From a virus, in IMG/VR virus record IMGVR_UViG_3300020411_003736, positions 32,001 through 96,000 of that record: a stretch of DNA of 64,000 nt. One strand, 5' to 3'. The notes below the pieces were generated by a model. That model was not told where the DNA came from and searched no databases. It was given only the letters and a program-made list of their open reading frames with translations. Positions 1 through 8,260 of this stretch are shown here, piece after piece. The position numbers and the translations under genes are program-made. Positions within the stretch are counted from its first letter, which is position 1. The number at the start of each line of letters is the position of its first letter.

Positions 1-162
1 GAAGAATGGATGTGGGGAATCATCTTTATAAAAGATTCCTAAAGCATATCTACAAGAAGAAGATTTATGAGTATAATGTTTTTCAACAATTATATTCTTT
101 GCTTGTTTCTTAGGTATTTGTTGTAGATATACTTTTGATTTATCTACATATTTTTCTTCCAT
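1..162 (-). CDS. Mom-like (GNAT-fold) DNA modification protein, N-terminal part (runs off the window)
   Basis: Hand translation from the ATG at 162: MEEKYVDKSKVYLQQIPKKQAKNIIVEKHYTHKSSSCRYALGIFYK... The IVEKHYTH motif parallels FIEKHHYSH in 53694..54317. Confidence 0.6.
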   Translation of the reverse strand, partial: MEEKYVDKSKVYLQQIPKKQAKNIIVEKHYTHKSSSCRYALGIFYKDDSPHPFF

Positions 163-197
163 ACCATATAACTCGGTTATCGTTCACTTAAAATTTG

Positions 198-269
198 AGC
201 GGTGTTAGAGAATCGAACTCCACCTTCTTCGTTGGAAACGAAGTGTATCGCCTTTGATACTTCCACCGC
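198..269 (-). tRNA. tRNA-Gly (anticodon TCC)
   Basis: Minus strand reads GCGGTGG...CTTCG TT-TCC-AA CGAAG...TGGAG TTCGATT CTCTA ACACCGC T. Cloverleaf with TTCGA T-loop, one acceptor-stem mismatch, CCA not encoded. Confidence 0.9.
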
Positions 270-351
270 AAATCAATGGGTAACTCTGTTGTCTTTTATT
301 CTTGAATTCTAGTGGAGAAAAAAGATCGATCGAATTACCCATAAAACTTTA

Positions 352-770
352 TTGGAATTTAGGTGGGATGTGAGATTAACGATTACTCACAACTTTCAGC
401 TCAGATTTTTTATACCTTGTACCTAACACCTATCAGCTACTATAGTTCTTTGTAATGAATGGTTAGTTCACGTAACAAAGTGAGTACAACCTCTGTGTTA
501 TTACCTTATCTCTCTGAGTTTAGATTATTCAGTCATAAAGTGGGATTAGGTTTTATCCGACCCACAACAAGGTCAAAGAATCGTGTTCTTTATTTTTCTG
601 AAAGTACATTAGATGGTAGATGTCTCTACAGGACAGTTAAACCTCTACAACATTTAGCAGAGTTCCAAGCACCATACTTCATCTTAGATTCCCTTATGAG
701 CTTCAAAGTATACTCATTATTCAGGCAATCCCATACAGAGTTAATTACTCTCTGTACTTTCCTATTCCAA
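352..770 (-). ncRNA. Large ornate structured RNA (possibly ROOL/GOLLD-like), next to the tRNA
   Basis: Closing helix TTGGAATAGG/CCTAAATTCCAA. Many internal and long-range helices (ACCTTGT/ACAAGGT, CTCAGA/TCTGAG, TAACAC/GTGTTA, TGTGAG/CTCACA, TACAGAG/CTCTGTA). CTGAATAAT occurs twice. No credible sense ORF. Promoter upstream. Confidence 0.65.
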
Positions 771-856
771 ATTTTCAAAAATCAAGGGTTGATGCCAGAA
801 GAACTATGTTCTAACAGTGATGATATACATCCTAATCAACCCATATCTTATATATT

Positions 857-900
857 AATATAAGTATATTTATATATATAAGTCAAGAGGTTTTTTTATT
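857..900 (-). promoter_or_regulatory. Sigma70-type promoter for the ncRNA/tRNA unit
   Basis: A-tract, TTGACT, 18-nt spacer, TATATT. Confidence 0.6.
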
Positions 901-1164
901 TTTTTTTAATCCTAATAACTTTAAATTATGTGATATAAAACCACCAATCTCTTTCTTACCTACCTTGCTTCTATATACATTCTCTAATCGTGTCCATGGA
1001 CAATCTAATGTTCTACTGAATGCTAAATGCATTATCCAAGCACAAATTGGAAATGAAATATAGAATGGTTCACATATCAACACCAATGGTACTGACACTC
1101 CAGCCATGATAAGAAATATCCAATGTGATAATTGAATAAAAAATAATATTAATTTATTTACCAT
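883..1164 (-). CDS. Small membrane protein (DUF2784-like)
   Basis: Two hydrophobic segments followed by CPWTRLEN...R...GFI. Confidence 0.55.
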   Translation of the reverse strand: MVNKLILFFIQLSHWIFLIMAGVSVPLVLICEPFYISFPICAWIMHLAFSRTLDCPWTRLENVYRSKVGKKEIGGFISHNLKLLGLKKNKKTS

Positions 1165-1775
1165 AAGATAAGCGCTTTATCATCCCATTGTTGATATGTT
1201 TTTATATCAAAATTATTTGGATTCAAAAGAGGTCTTGTATTTGATAAAAATTCCATATTGATAGAAATTCTTGGCTCTTCACTCTTACAAGGATTTGGTT
1301 TATGTGACAACCAACCAGGCATAAGAAAGAGATGTTTTTCAAATGGTTTAATTTCTACCTCTTCCCCATTTTCCACCATCAAACTCAATGTACCATCAGT
1401 ATCTGGAACACTTGCATAGTAAACACCATTTACCGAAGCTCTGTTACAATGGTTGTGCCAATAAGAATCATATCTCTTTTTACCATAAGATACATAAGCA
1501 CATCCAAGTGATTTATTGGGATTCATACTCATACAATTTTCAGGTAGATTATTAAACAATTTATGACATCCATGTTTAAAGATATTATAAAGATTTTTCA
1601 TTTCCCATGTATCATCCATTCGTGTATTATAAGTTCCTTCCTCTAAATTGGATCTTTCCTTATTATCCGATTCTATAGATTGTTCCACCAACTTATCATT
1701 AGTTTCATCATCTATAACATCTGATAAATCCAATCTCAATAACCATGGATAGTTTTTTATTGGCAATAAATTCAT
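1158..1775 (-). CDS. Putative 2OG-Fe(II) oxygenase
   Basis: WHNH...GVYY...LFLMPGWLSHKP...RISINM, the pattern of phage 2OG-Fe(II) oxygenases. Confidence 0.75.
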   Translation of the reverse strand: MNLLPIKNYPWLLRLDLSDVIDDETNDKLVEQSIESDNKERSNLEEGTYNTRMDDTWEMKNLYNIFKHGCHKLFNNLPENCMSMNPNKSLGCAYVSYGKKRYDSYWHNHCNRASVNGVYYASVPDTDGTLSLMVENGEEVEIKPFEKHLFLMPGWLSHKPNPCKSEEPRISINMEFLSNTRPLLNPNNFDIKTYQQWDDKALILW

Positions 1776-2350
1776 TTATTGAAATATTTAAAAACTCTAT
1801 TGACATAAAAGTTATCTGATATATAAGCATAACTATATTTTTTTGTAGCAGTTGGACCGTGACTATAGCCTGTTAAAGCATAATACCAATCATCACCAGA
1901 GTTGTGATATAAATCAGAAAGATACATTATACCAACAGTTACATTAACATATGGATCATATAAATCTTCTTTAGGTGTTTTGAATTCACTATATGCTGTT
2001 TCAGGTTTTATCTGCATCAATCCTATAGCACCACTCGTAGATACTGCTTTGTGATCCCAACTTGATTCAGTCATTATAACTGATTTAGCCAAATCATATG
2101 GTACGGTATATTCATCACATAAGGCATGGATATAAATCAACACATGCTTTAGTTTGGATTTATTTAATGATGAATTTATTTGTTCTGCATCATCGGAAAA
2201 GTTTGGTTTGGGTTTTTCTATTTCAACTAAATTATCAATCTTACGAACTACAGTTTTTATTGGAACTTCATACATATTTTCCATATAGAAAACTACAGCG
2301 GCAAACGCAGTAAGTATTCCCATTATAAAAGTTGTTTTAGGGTTATTCAT
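1772..2350 (-). CDS. Membrane-anchored lytic transglycosylase (SLT domain)
   Basis: N-terminal TM segment; ESS, GAIGLMQI, NVTVGIMYL and ALTGYSHG motifs. Confidence 0.85.
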   Translation of the reverse strand: MNNPKTTFIMGILTAFAAVVFYMENMYEVPIKTVVRKIDNLVEIEKPKPNFSDDAEQINSSLNKSKLKHVLIYIHALCDEYTVPYDLAKSVIMTESSWDHKAVSTSGAIGLMQIKPETAYSEFKTPKEDLYDPYVNVTVGIMYLSDLYHNSGDDWYYALTGYSHGPTATKKYSYAYISDNFYVNRVFKYFNK

Positions 2351-2804
2351 TATTATCTCCTGTTTTATGTTTCATATCTTGTTTAGTTTTTTCTTTGTGA
2401 CATTTACGACATAAGGTTTGTAGATTCTTCTCATCCCAATATGACCAATCCACCTCATCAGCTGTTTTATTCTTTTGTTCATACAATGGTTTGATATGGT
2501 CTATTTCAAATCGTACATCATAATTACCACATTCAGCACATTCACAATAATCTCTTTTTTTGATATACTTTCTAATATGTTTAGAATTGTATATCATCAA
2601 ATATTGTTCACTACATTCTGGATGCCAACTAGCCCTATTATTTCTTCTACCATATTCATCATTAATAACAGAACCACACCACCTACACTGACCCCTTTCC
2701 TTTATATCATAATAGGAATCAGGCTTAGGTGGATATCGATAATCCTTTTCTTGATAATCGAATTTTCTAGACTTTCTTCCGAGTGTTCTTCTTATCCTTG
2801 GCAT
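2343..2804 (-). CDS. HNH endonuclease
   Basis: CAEC...IDHIKP...NLQTLCRKCH. Confidence 0.85.
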   Translation of the reverse strand: MPRIRRTLGRKSRKFDYQEKDYRYPPKPDSYYDIKERGQCRWCGSVINDEYGRRNNRASWHPECSEQYLMIYNSKHIRKYIKKRDYCECAECGNYDVRFEIDHIKPLYEQKNKTADEVDWSYWDEKNLQTLCRKCHKEKTKQDMKHKTGDNNE

Positions 2805-2961
2805 ACTTTTCGATATCTTCTTTCAAAGAATATAACTCACATCTTGCGGAATCAACATAAGACTTACCATCACTATTACAATCATATTCTGGAATAGAAT
2901 AGTAAGCATCATCTAAAGCACCCTCTATTTCGATTAATTTTTCTAATATTTTATCTAACAT
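2767..2961 (-). CDS. Hypothetical protein
   Basis: ORF with AAGGAG RBS in a co-directional run. Confidence 0.55.
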   Translation of the reverse strand: MLDKILEKLIEIEGALDDAYYSIPEYDCNSDGKSYVDSARCELYSLKEDIEKYAKDKKNTRKKV

Positions 2962-2974
2962 TTTTTACTCCTTA

Positions 2975-3337
2975 TTATAAATAGTTTGGACCTGTCCAAC
3001 TAAACCAATCGGTTCTACCATCGAAGATACTACCTCTAACCCATTTGGCTGGAGCATTCCAACTAGCAGCTTTGAATACATCCCCACACTCATAGGTTTG
3101 TCCTTTGAACACACCAGCTTTTTTAGCTATGAATCCCCAAACCCTACCTTTTTCAATAACCTTATCGAATTTCCTACCAGAGTTTATTTTCAAACCACTT
3201 CTAAATTGATTGACTCTATCTGCATTATTGTGAGGATTCCAATTGGCATAACTATTACCGATTTCGGTTAGTAGGTTTTCCACCGACTCATCGTATTTTG
3301 ATTCGTTTAACACACTATTTAGGTTCATCGTTGACAC
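2975..3337 (-). CDS. Conserved phage hypothetical protein
   Basis: WGFI...GDVFKAASWNAPAK..RGSI motif, common in small early proteins of large phages. Confidence 0.65.
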   Translation of the reverse strand: MSTMNLNSVLNESKYDESVENLLTEIGNSYANWNPHNNADRVNQFRSGLKINSGRKFDKVIEKGRVWGFIAKKAGVFKGQTYECGDVFKAASWNAPAKWVRGSIFDGRTDWFSWTGPNYL

Positions 3338-3608
3338 TCCTATTTGAGAGATTTTCTTGAGAGATTTTTTGCTCTTCGCTGTCTATATATATAGAATTCA
3401 AAATCTCATCTAATGTTTCCCCTGTACCTTCAAAACCAGGTATTATATCTTTCATAAATGGTTCAATGCCAGAATCATTATCAGGAGCTGGATTGGATAG
3501 TATTTCATAATGTTCATCAGGTGTGAGTGGAATACCATCAACATATATTGGTTCAATATCTTCAGCCGACATTTGTTCAAAGATTATAGTTTCAGCTATG
3601 TTTCCCAT
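3315..3608 (-). CDS. Hypothetical acidic protein
   Basis: ORF track; tightly packed with neighbours. Confidence 0.55.
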   Translation of the reverse strand: MGNIAETIIFEQMSAEDIEPIYVDGIPLTPDEHYEILSNPAPDNDSGIEPFMKDIIPGFEGTGETLDEILNSIYIDSEEQKISQENLSNRSVNDEPK

Positions 3609-3610
3609 AC

Positions 3611-3871
3611 TTATATCCCCATCGCTAATTCAGCTTTCATTTCATAGTATTCAGCTGCTGTGTCATCCAACTTTACATAAATAGAATCAGGAACGATTCT
3701 TTGTAATGTTGTCCAATCCTCAGTACTAAGAGCATCAAAGAACTCTTCATTCTCTATGTCGTCAATGTGACAAGCACCATCTACATCATAGTCACCATCA
3801 ACTAACATTGGATAAGTTACACCATTCTCATCAATGACACAACCAACACTATTTAAGTTTTTTAAAACCAT
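3611..3871 (-). CDS. Hypothetical acidic protein
   Basis: ORF track; tightly packed with neighbours. Confidence 0.55.
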   Translation of the reverse strand: MVLKNLNSVGCVIDENGVTYPMLVDGDYDVDGACHIDDIENEEFFDALSTEDWTTLQRIVPDSIYVKLDDTAAEYYEMKAELAMGI

Positions 3872-3873
3872 AT

Positions 3874-4092
3874 CTACCCAACCTTCTTTCTGATGACAGT
3901 GTTATTAAGTAAATAATCCTCTTCCAACCTAGCCATCAACTTATCCCTACCTTCGTGACTCATCCAATTAACCCTATGGAACTTACCATTAACCCACATA
4001 TCAACCACTTTGATTGAATCAGTAACAGTGCTAAAGCAATACTCTACTTTAACATTGTCCTCATTTACAACATATTCAAAAACATAAGTCAT
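3874..4092 (-). CDS. Hypothetical early protein
   Basis: First ORF after the promoter at 4120-4160; AAGGA RBS. Confidence 0.6.
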   Translation of the reverse strand: MTYVFEYVVNEDNVKVEYCFSTVTDSIKVVDMWVNGKFHRVNWMSHEGRDKLMARLEEDYLLNNTVIRKKVG

Positions 4093-4119
4093 TTATTTTT
4101 TTCCTTTTCTTTACCCCTA

Positions 4120-4160
4120 AAGCTACAAAAGAAATACTATACAAGTCAAGAGGTTTTTTT
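4120..4160 (-). promoter_or_regulatory. Early sigma70-type promoter
   Basis: A-tract, TTGACT, 18-nt spacer, TAGCTT, then TAGG. Same pattern as the other copies. Confidence 0.7.
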
Positions 4161-4272
4161 ACTTTTTTTTAATTTTTTTTTACTCGTTTAACTTGTAGTG
4201 TATTAATTAAAAATTTAATACTTTCCTGGATATCTTTATCCATTGATTTAAATAACTTCTGTACTTTTTTAT

Positions 4273-4710
4273 TCATTGGATTTCTTTTAATCCCGTTAGG
4301 TCACTACTGCTTCGTATCTTATCACCTAACCCATCAACCATCTCAATGTTATATTCTTTCATGACCTTTGTTTCAGGTATCTCACCCAATGACCTATCAC
4401 CACCATTGGCGAATATGTCTGGCTTTATGGCAGCTAAAGATTCACATACACTTCTATCTCTATCTATACTGAGAAAGGCTTTATCCACAACCTTTAATGA
4501 TTGTACTATCTTTAACCTATCTTGTTCTGGCATAAATGATTTACCCTTCTTCAACTCACATTGGTAATCATTATTCACTATCACTATAAGTTCACCCCAA
4601 AGTTCATCACCACTTAATGCTCTTTGGTCTGTTAATTTTCTAGCTAATTCTAAATACTCTATATGTCCCACATGTATGGGATCAAAATATCCACTTACTG
4701 CTACTCTCAT
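4273..4710 (-). CDS. Cytidylyltransferase-like (HIGH-family, TagD/RfaE-like) nucleotidyltransferase
   Basis: MRVAVSGYFDPIHVGH...FANGGDR...SSS. Start moved to 4710. Confidence 0.85.
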   Translation of the reverse strand: MRVAVSGYFDPIHVGHIEYLELARKLTDQRALSGDELWGELIVIVNNDYQCELKKGKSFMPEQDRLKIVQSLKVVDKAFLSIDRDRSVCESLAAIKPDIFANGGDRSLGEIPETKVMKEYNIEMVDGLGDKIRSSSDLTGLKEIQ

Positions 4711-4931
4711 ACGAAAGGCGGAGTTTCTTTTTTTATCCACTCTATATCCTCATATCTATTATTACTTTTTGGATCTAATACTTTGCGTTCTATATCCTCT
4801 TTAGATTCCCCATATAGCCAGAATTGTATAACCTTACCCTTTGGTTTAAAAATGTCTATACATCTGGCTCTTATATGATACCATCCTTCTTGGTCTTCAT
4901 CATCTCCCCAAAAAGGATTATTTGTCATCAA
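4707..4931 (-). CDS. Hypothetical protein
   Basis: ORF overlapping its neighbours by a few nt. Confidence 0.55.
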   Translation of the reverse strand: MMTNNPFWGDDEDQEGWYHIRARCIDIFKPKGKVIQFWLYGESKEDIERKVLDPKSNNRYEDIEWIKKETPPFV

Positions 4932-5172
4932 AGAAACCCATATCTTTTAATACAATTAATGCTAAATGATTAGCCATAGCTCTATACTTAGAATGATTAC
5001 CCAACGCATTAATCAGATTAACAAAATATTCAGTAGGAATATGTTCTATCTCAAATTCCATCATAGCTTCACACGCAGTTGCAAATGATTTTAATGCTAC
5101 ATCAACATCTTCAGGTAAGTTTTCTACCACTTTTAATTTTTTAAAAACTTCCGATAAATTTTCTTTTTCCAT
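4918..5172 (-). CDS. Hypothetical protein
   Basis: ORF downstream of a TTGATT-N17-TATATT promoter. Confidence 0.55.
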   Translation of the reverse strand: MEKENLSEVFKKLKVVENLPEDVDVALKSFATACEAMMEFEIEHIPTEYFVNLINALGNHSKYRAMANHLALIVLKDMGFFDDK

Positions 5173-5252
5173 ATCCTAATATACATTATTTCGTTTAATT
5201 AATCAAGCTTTATATTTATAAGTACAACGCGTTAATTTCATAGGAGTTTAAA

Positions 5253-5447
5253 ATGAAATCTATATTATCAGGAATACTTTCTCTCTTTATATTCTTTGGT
5301 GCTGTTCCAACTGCTAATGCTGCAGATATGAACATGGCAGGAATGGAAGAAGTAAAGAAAAAGAAGAAGAAGAAAGGTAAAAAACTTTCCGAAAAAGGAA
5401 AGAAAAAGAAGAAAGGATTCTTCTCAAAAGTATTTGGTTCTAAGTAA
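5253..5447 (+). CDS. Secreted, lysine-rich small protein
   Basis: AGGAG RBS; signal peptide ending ANA-A; poly-Lys tracts. Confidence 0.7.
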   Translation: MKSILSGILSLFIFFGAVPTANAADMNMAGMEEVKKKKKKKGKKLSEKGKKKKKGFFSKVFGSK

Positions 5448-5469
5448 CCAATCACTTTTAAATATACAA

Positions 5470-5503
5470 TAAAAAGCCAGATTATTTTTAATCTGGCTTT
5501 TTT
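5470..5503 (+). terminator. Intrinsic terminator (could act in both directions)
   Basis: AAAAAGCCAGATT-loop-AATCTGGCTTTTTT. Confidence 0.75.
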
Positions 5504-5533
5504 ATATATTTTATTCTCTATATTTATGTATGT

Positions 5534-5797
5534 ATGGAAGAGTATTCTCAGTTTATACCAAAGGGTTCTGGCTCTAATATTAAGTTTGTGGTAAACATAG
5601 TAGGATTATTAGGTGCTATGGCTGGTGGATGGTATAAGTTAGAGAGTAGAGTATCTGATTTGGAAAGACAATTAGAGCAACAAGAAAAAGTTAAATCCAT
5701 ACAGCGTGAAATAGAATTGATGGAGAGAGACCAACAGTTAGAAGAATTAAAGTGGCAGTTTAAATTAGATTCATTAAAAATGGCTAACAATGATTAA
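5534..5797 (+). CDS. Single-TM plus coiled-coil protein (possibly holin-like)
   Basis: Hydrophobic segment followed by a heptad-rich C-terminus. Confidence 0.55.
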   Translation: MEEYSQFIPKGSGSNIKFVVNIVGLLGAMAGGWYKLESRVSDLERQLEQQEKVKSIQREIELMERDQQLEELKWQFKLDSLKMANND

Positions 5798-6026
5798 GTT
5801 AAAAGATTTACTTAACGAGAGATATGTATCAAAAAGGTCTGATACGATTGAAGATGTATATCAATCTGCAGTAGACTCATTAGAAGACTTATCTGATTTA
5901 TTCAAAAAACATGCACCAGAAGAAAGATTATTATCCCGTACTTTAGAAAAACAATCTATGATGGTAAGAAGAATGATAACTAAAAGTAAATCTTATCAAG
6001 ATATTAAGGATATGACAAATGATTAA
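5790..6026 (+). CDS. Putative internal head protein with MIKLKDLLNE leader
   Basis: N-terminal motif shared with neighbours, ending in L-x-E. Confidence 0.55.
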   Translation: MIKLKDLLNERYVSKRSDTIEDVYQSAVDSLEDLSDLFKKHAPEERLLSRTLEKQSMMVRRMITKSKSYQDIKDMTND

Positions 6027-6204
6027 ATTAAAATGGATTCTTGCAATAATTCTTTTATGTGGCGCCTTAGAACCTATTGAAGCTAATGTTAAAGAAGGTA
6101 AGGAACAAATAAAAGAAAAGAAACCAAAGAAACATACGCCAGGATGCAATTGTGGTGAACCACCAAAACCACCAAAGTTTTGGTTTTGGTTCAATTGGAA
6201 ATAA
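6019..6204 (+). CDS. Small secreted protein (MIKLK leader, Pro/Trp-rich tail)
   Basis: MIKLKWILAIILLCGA signal-like segment. Confidence 0.55.
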   Translation: MIKLKWILAIILLCGALEPIEANVKEGKEQIKEKKPKKHTPGCNCGEPPKPPKFWFWFNWK

Positions 6205-6205
6205 A

Positions 6206-6472
6206 ATGATTAAGTTAAAAGATTTACTAATAACATTCTTTCTGTTATCAACATTGAATGGGCAAGAGATACTAAAGGATGGTGTTAAACCAACATCATT
6301 TACTTATGAAGAAGCGGTAGAGATGTTAAAGGCTCGTGACGCTGAGTGGGAAGCTAAAGTTAAGAAGTTGGAAGAGAGAGTATATGTAGATTCTCTTATC
6401 ATAGTTGCAAAGAACGCTCACATTGAATCCCAAAAGAAACAGATAAAGGTATTGGAGTTACTTACAAAATGA
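6206..6472 (+). CDS. Secreted coiled-coil protein with MIKLKDLL leader
   Basis: Start moved to the in-frame ATG at 6206, matching the repeated leader. Confidence 0.6.
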   Translation: MIKLKDLLITFFLLSTLNGQEILKDGVKPTSFTYEEAVEMLKARDAEWEAKVKKLEERVYVDSLIIVAKNAHIESQKKQIKVLELLTK

Positions 6473-7158
6473 TTAAGTTAAAAGATTTATTAAACGAAGG
6501 AAAGTACACAGTTTATTTTGATGTTGGTTCACCTGGCTTAATGTCTAAAACTGTTAGTGCAAGAAATGAAAAGGAAGCTGCTAAACAAGTTGCTAGTGGA
6601 TTAAAGGGTGGCGCAAAACTTATTAAAAAAGTGGTAAAGGAAGGAACTGGTCTTACATATAAAAAAGGTAAGACAGTAAAGGTTAAACATAAAACATCTG
6701 GAAAAAGTATTGTTATTATAGATAAACCAAATGTAAGAAGAGAATATGAAAAAATAGGATTTTTTGCTGAAGGAAGTTGTGGGTATGGAATAGATGGAAA
6801 GGTTGGTAAAAAGCCAGCAGGTCCTCATTTGTTAAAAAAGAAGAAAAAAATATTAAAATCAAGAGTACATGAAGCACCAGGTAAATCTGGCAAAGATGAA
6901 TATGTTGGTACTGCTAGAGTTAAAGTAGAGCCTGGTACATATAAAGGTCAAAGAGTTAATTTTCACGATGTATCAATGTATCGTGACCATAAAAAACCAT
7001 ATCATTATTATTTGACAATTAGACTTGCTCACTCTGATGGTAAGAAAGTTGATATGGTGATAAGTACAGGCACACATATTCTAAAAAAAGCTGGTAAGTG
7101 GGCACAAGGATTTATTAAGAGAAGAGTTGGTGGGACTGGTAAAGAGAGATTTCAATAA
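6469..7158 (+). CDS. Basic protein with MIKLKDLLNE leader (putative internal head protein or polyprotein)
   Basis: Leader motif; internal KEG, AEG and HEA junctions; Lys-rich. Confidence 0.6.
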   Translation: MIKLKDLLNEGKYTVYFDVGSPGLMSKTVSARNEKEAAKQVASGLKGGAKLIKKVVKEGTGLTYKKGKTVKVKHKTSGKSIVIIDKPNVRREYEKIGFFAEGSCGYGIDGKVGKKPAGPHLLKKKKKILKSRVHEAPGKSGKDEYVGTARVKVEPGTYKGQRVNFHDVSMYRDHKKPYHYYLTIRLAHSDGKKVDMVISTGTHILKKAGKWAQGFIKRRVGGTGKERFQ

Positions 7159-7298
7159 TGACTAAACATTTAAAAGAAACAAACATGGGTTATTTTAAAC
7201 ATTGGTGGAGAGCTATGAAGTTAAGTGGTGCACTATTTATTCATGCATTCTTACCTGATGTTTTAAGTGATTACGCAAGTAAGGAGTTACAGAAATGA
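7158..7298 (+). CDS. Small protein, DUF6356-like (46 aa, not in the ORF track)
   Basis: MTKHLKETNMGYFKHWWRAMKLSGALFIHAFLPDVLSDYASKELQK. Overlaps both neighbours (TAATG and ATGA). Confidence 0.65.
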   Translation: MTKHLKETNMGYFKHWWRAMKLSGALFIHAFLPDVLSDYASKELQK

Positions 7299-7570
7299 GT
7301 AATGTATTAACATTAACACTAAAGAAGAAATACTTTGACGCAATATTAAGTGGTGAGAAAACAATAGAGTATAGGGATATAACTGATTATTGGAGACCAC
7401 GATTGGAGAATAAAGATTATGATACTATTCTATTTAGGAATGGATATAGTCCTGATTCACCTACAATGACTGTAGAGTATAAAGAATTAACAATAGATAG
7501 ACAATCTAATCCAAACCGATACGCATTAGTGTTGGGAGAAGTATTAGATTCTGCAAATTTGAAGAACTGA
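7295..7570 (+). CDS. ASCH-domain protein
   Basis: LTLKKKYFDAILSGEKTIEYR...YW..RL...ILFRNGY. Confidence 0.85.
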   Translation: MSNVLTLTLKKKYFDAILSGEKTIEYRDITDYWRPRLENKDYDTILFRNGYSPDSPTMTVEYKELTIDRQSNPNRYALVLGEVLDSANLKN

Positions 7571-7599
7571 TAACCTTAAACAAAAGGAGTGAGAAGTAA

Positions 7600-7887
7600 A
7601 TGGGACTATTTGGTAATGACGCTGAGTTAGAAGCTAAGATAACTCAAATTGAACAGAATATATCTGTAATAGAAGAACGGATTACACAACTTAATGTTGA
7701 TGTAGAGAGTTCTTATTCAGATATAAAGAACGATATCCAAAGGTTAAAAACAAATACATTGGAGAGTCTTGAGATACCAGAGCCTGTAGTTACATCCACA
7801 ATAGATGAATCCAAACTAAGTGATTTGGAACAAAGGTTAGAAACAATAGAGAAGAGATTAATGATTGGTGGATGGGCACCTAAGTAG
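7600..7887 (+). CDS. Coiled-coil hypothetical protein
   Basis: AAGGAG RBS; heptad pattern. Confidence 0.6.
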   Translation: MGLFGNDAELEAKITQIEQNISVIEERITQLNVDVESSYSDIKNDIQRLKTNTLESLEIPEPVVTSTIDESKLSDLEQRLETIEKRLMIGGWAPK

Positions 7888-8056
7888 AAATATCTTTTAT
7901 CTTTTTACCACTATCTATATAATCCATAATATAACGCTCTATATCTTTAGGTCTAATATATAACCCAAACATCTTTATTGAACCCTTCTTATTGCTGAGT
8001 AGTTCTTGTTCTAAACACATTCGTTTAAATAGGTACTTAGCTAAATCATCTAACAT
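7880..8056 (-). CDS. Hypothetical protein (58 aa, not in the ORF track)
   Basis: MLDDLAKYLFKRMCLEQELLSNKKGSIKMFGLYIRPKDIERYIMDYIDSGKKIKDIST. Confidence 0.45.
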   Translation of the reverse strand: MLDDLAKYLFKRMCLEQELLSNKKGSIKMFGLYIRPKDIERYIMDYIDSGKKIKDIST

Positions 8057-8070
8057 TCTGCTAATATAAT

Positions 8071-8118
8071 CTATTTACAATCACATCCACAATCGCAACA
8101 TTCACAACACTTACACAT
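8071..8118 (-). CDS. Cys-rich micropeptide MCKCCECCDCGCDCK (metallothionein-like)
   Basis: GGAG RBS just upstream of the ATG; 8 Cys in 15 aa; ATATTTAT motif upstream. Confidence 0.5.
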   Translation of the reverse strand: MCKCCECCDCGCDCK

Positions 8119-8260
8119 AATTTTCTCCAGTTTTATTATACACATAGATAAATATAAAAAAGCTATACTGAAAAAAACCTGGCTCGGTATTCGTGTCGAT
8201 TTAGCGTGGGCCTCACACCTCTTCGATCGGTGGACAACCAAATGAAGATGTCGGTGTGGG

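Noticed and set aside
276-342. tRNA-Sec or a second tRNA near tRNA-Gly
   Set aside because: A long irregular hairpin without cloverleaf arms or a TCA anticodon loop.
459-863. 134-aa plus-strand ORF
   Set aside because: No RBS or recognisable motif, and it is antisense to the promoter-driven structured RNA/tRNA unit.
5216-5455. Poly-Phe minus-strand ORF
   Set aside because: Antisense shadow of the Lys-rich gene, which has the RBS, signal peptide and terminator.
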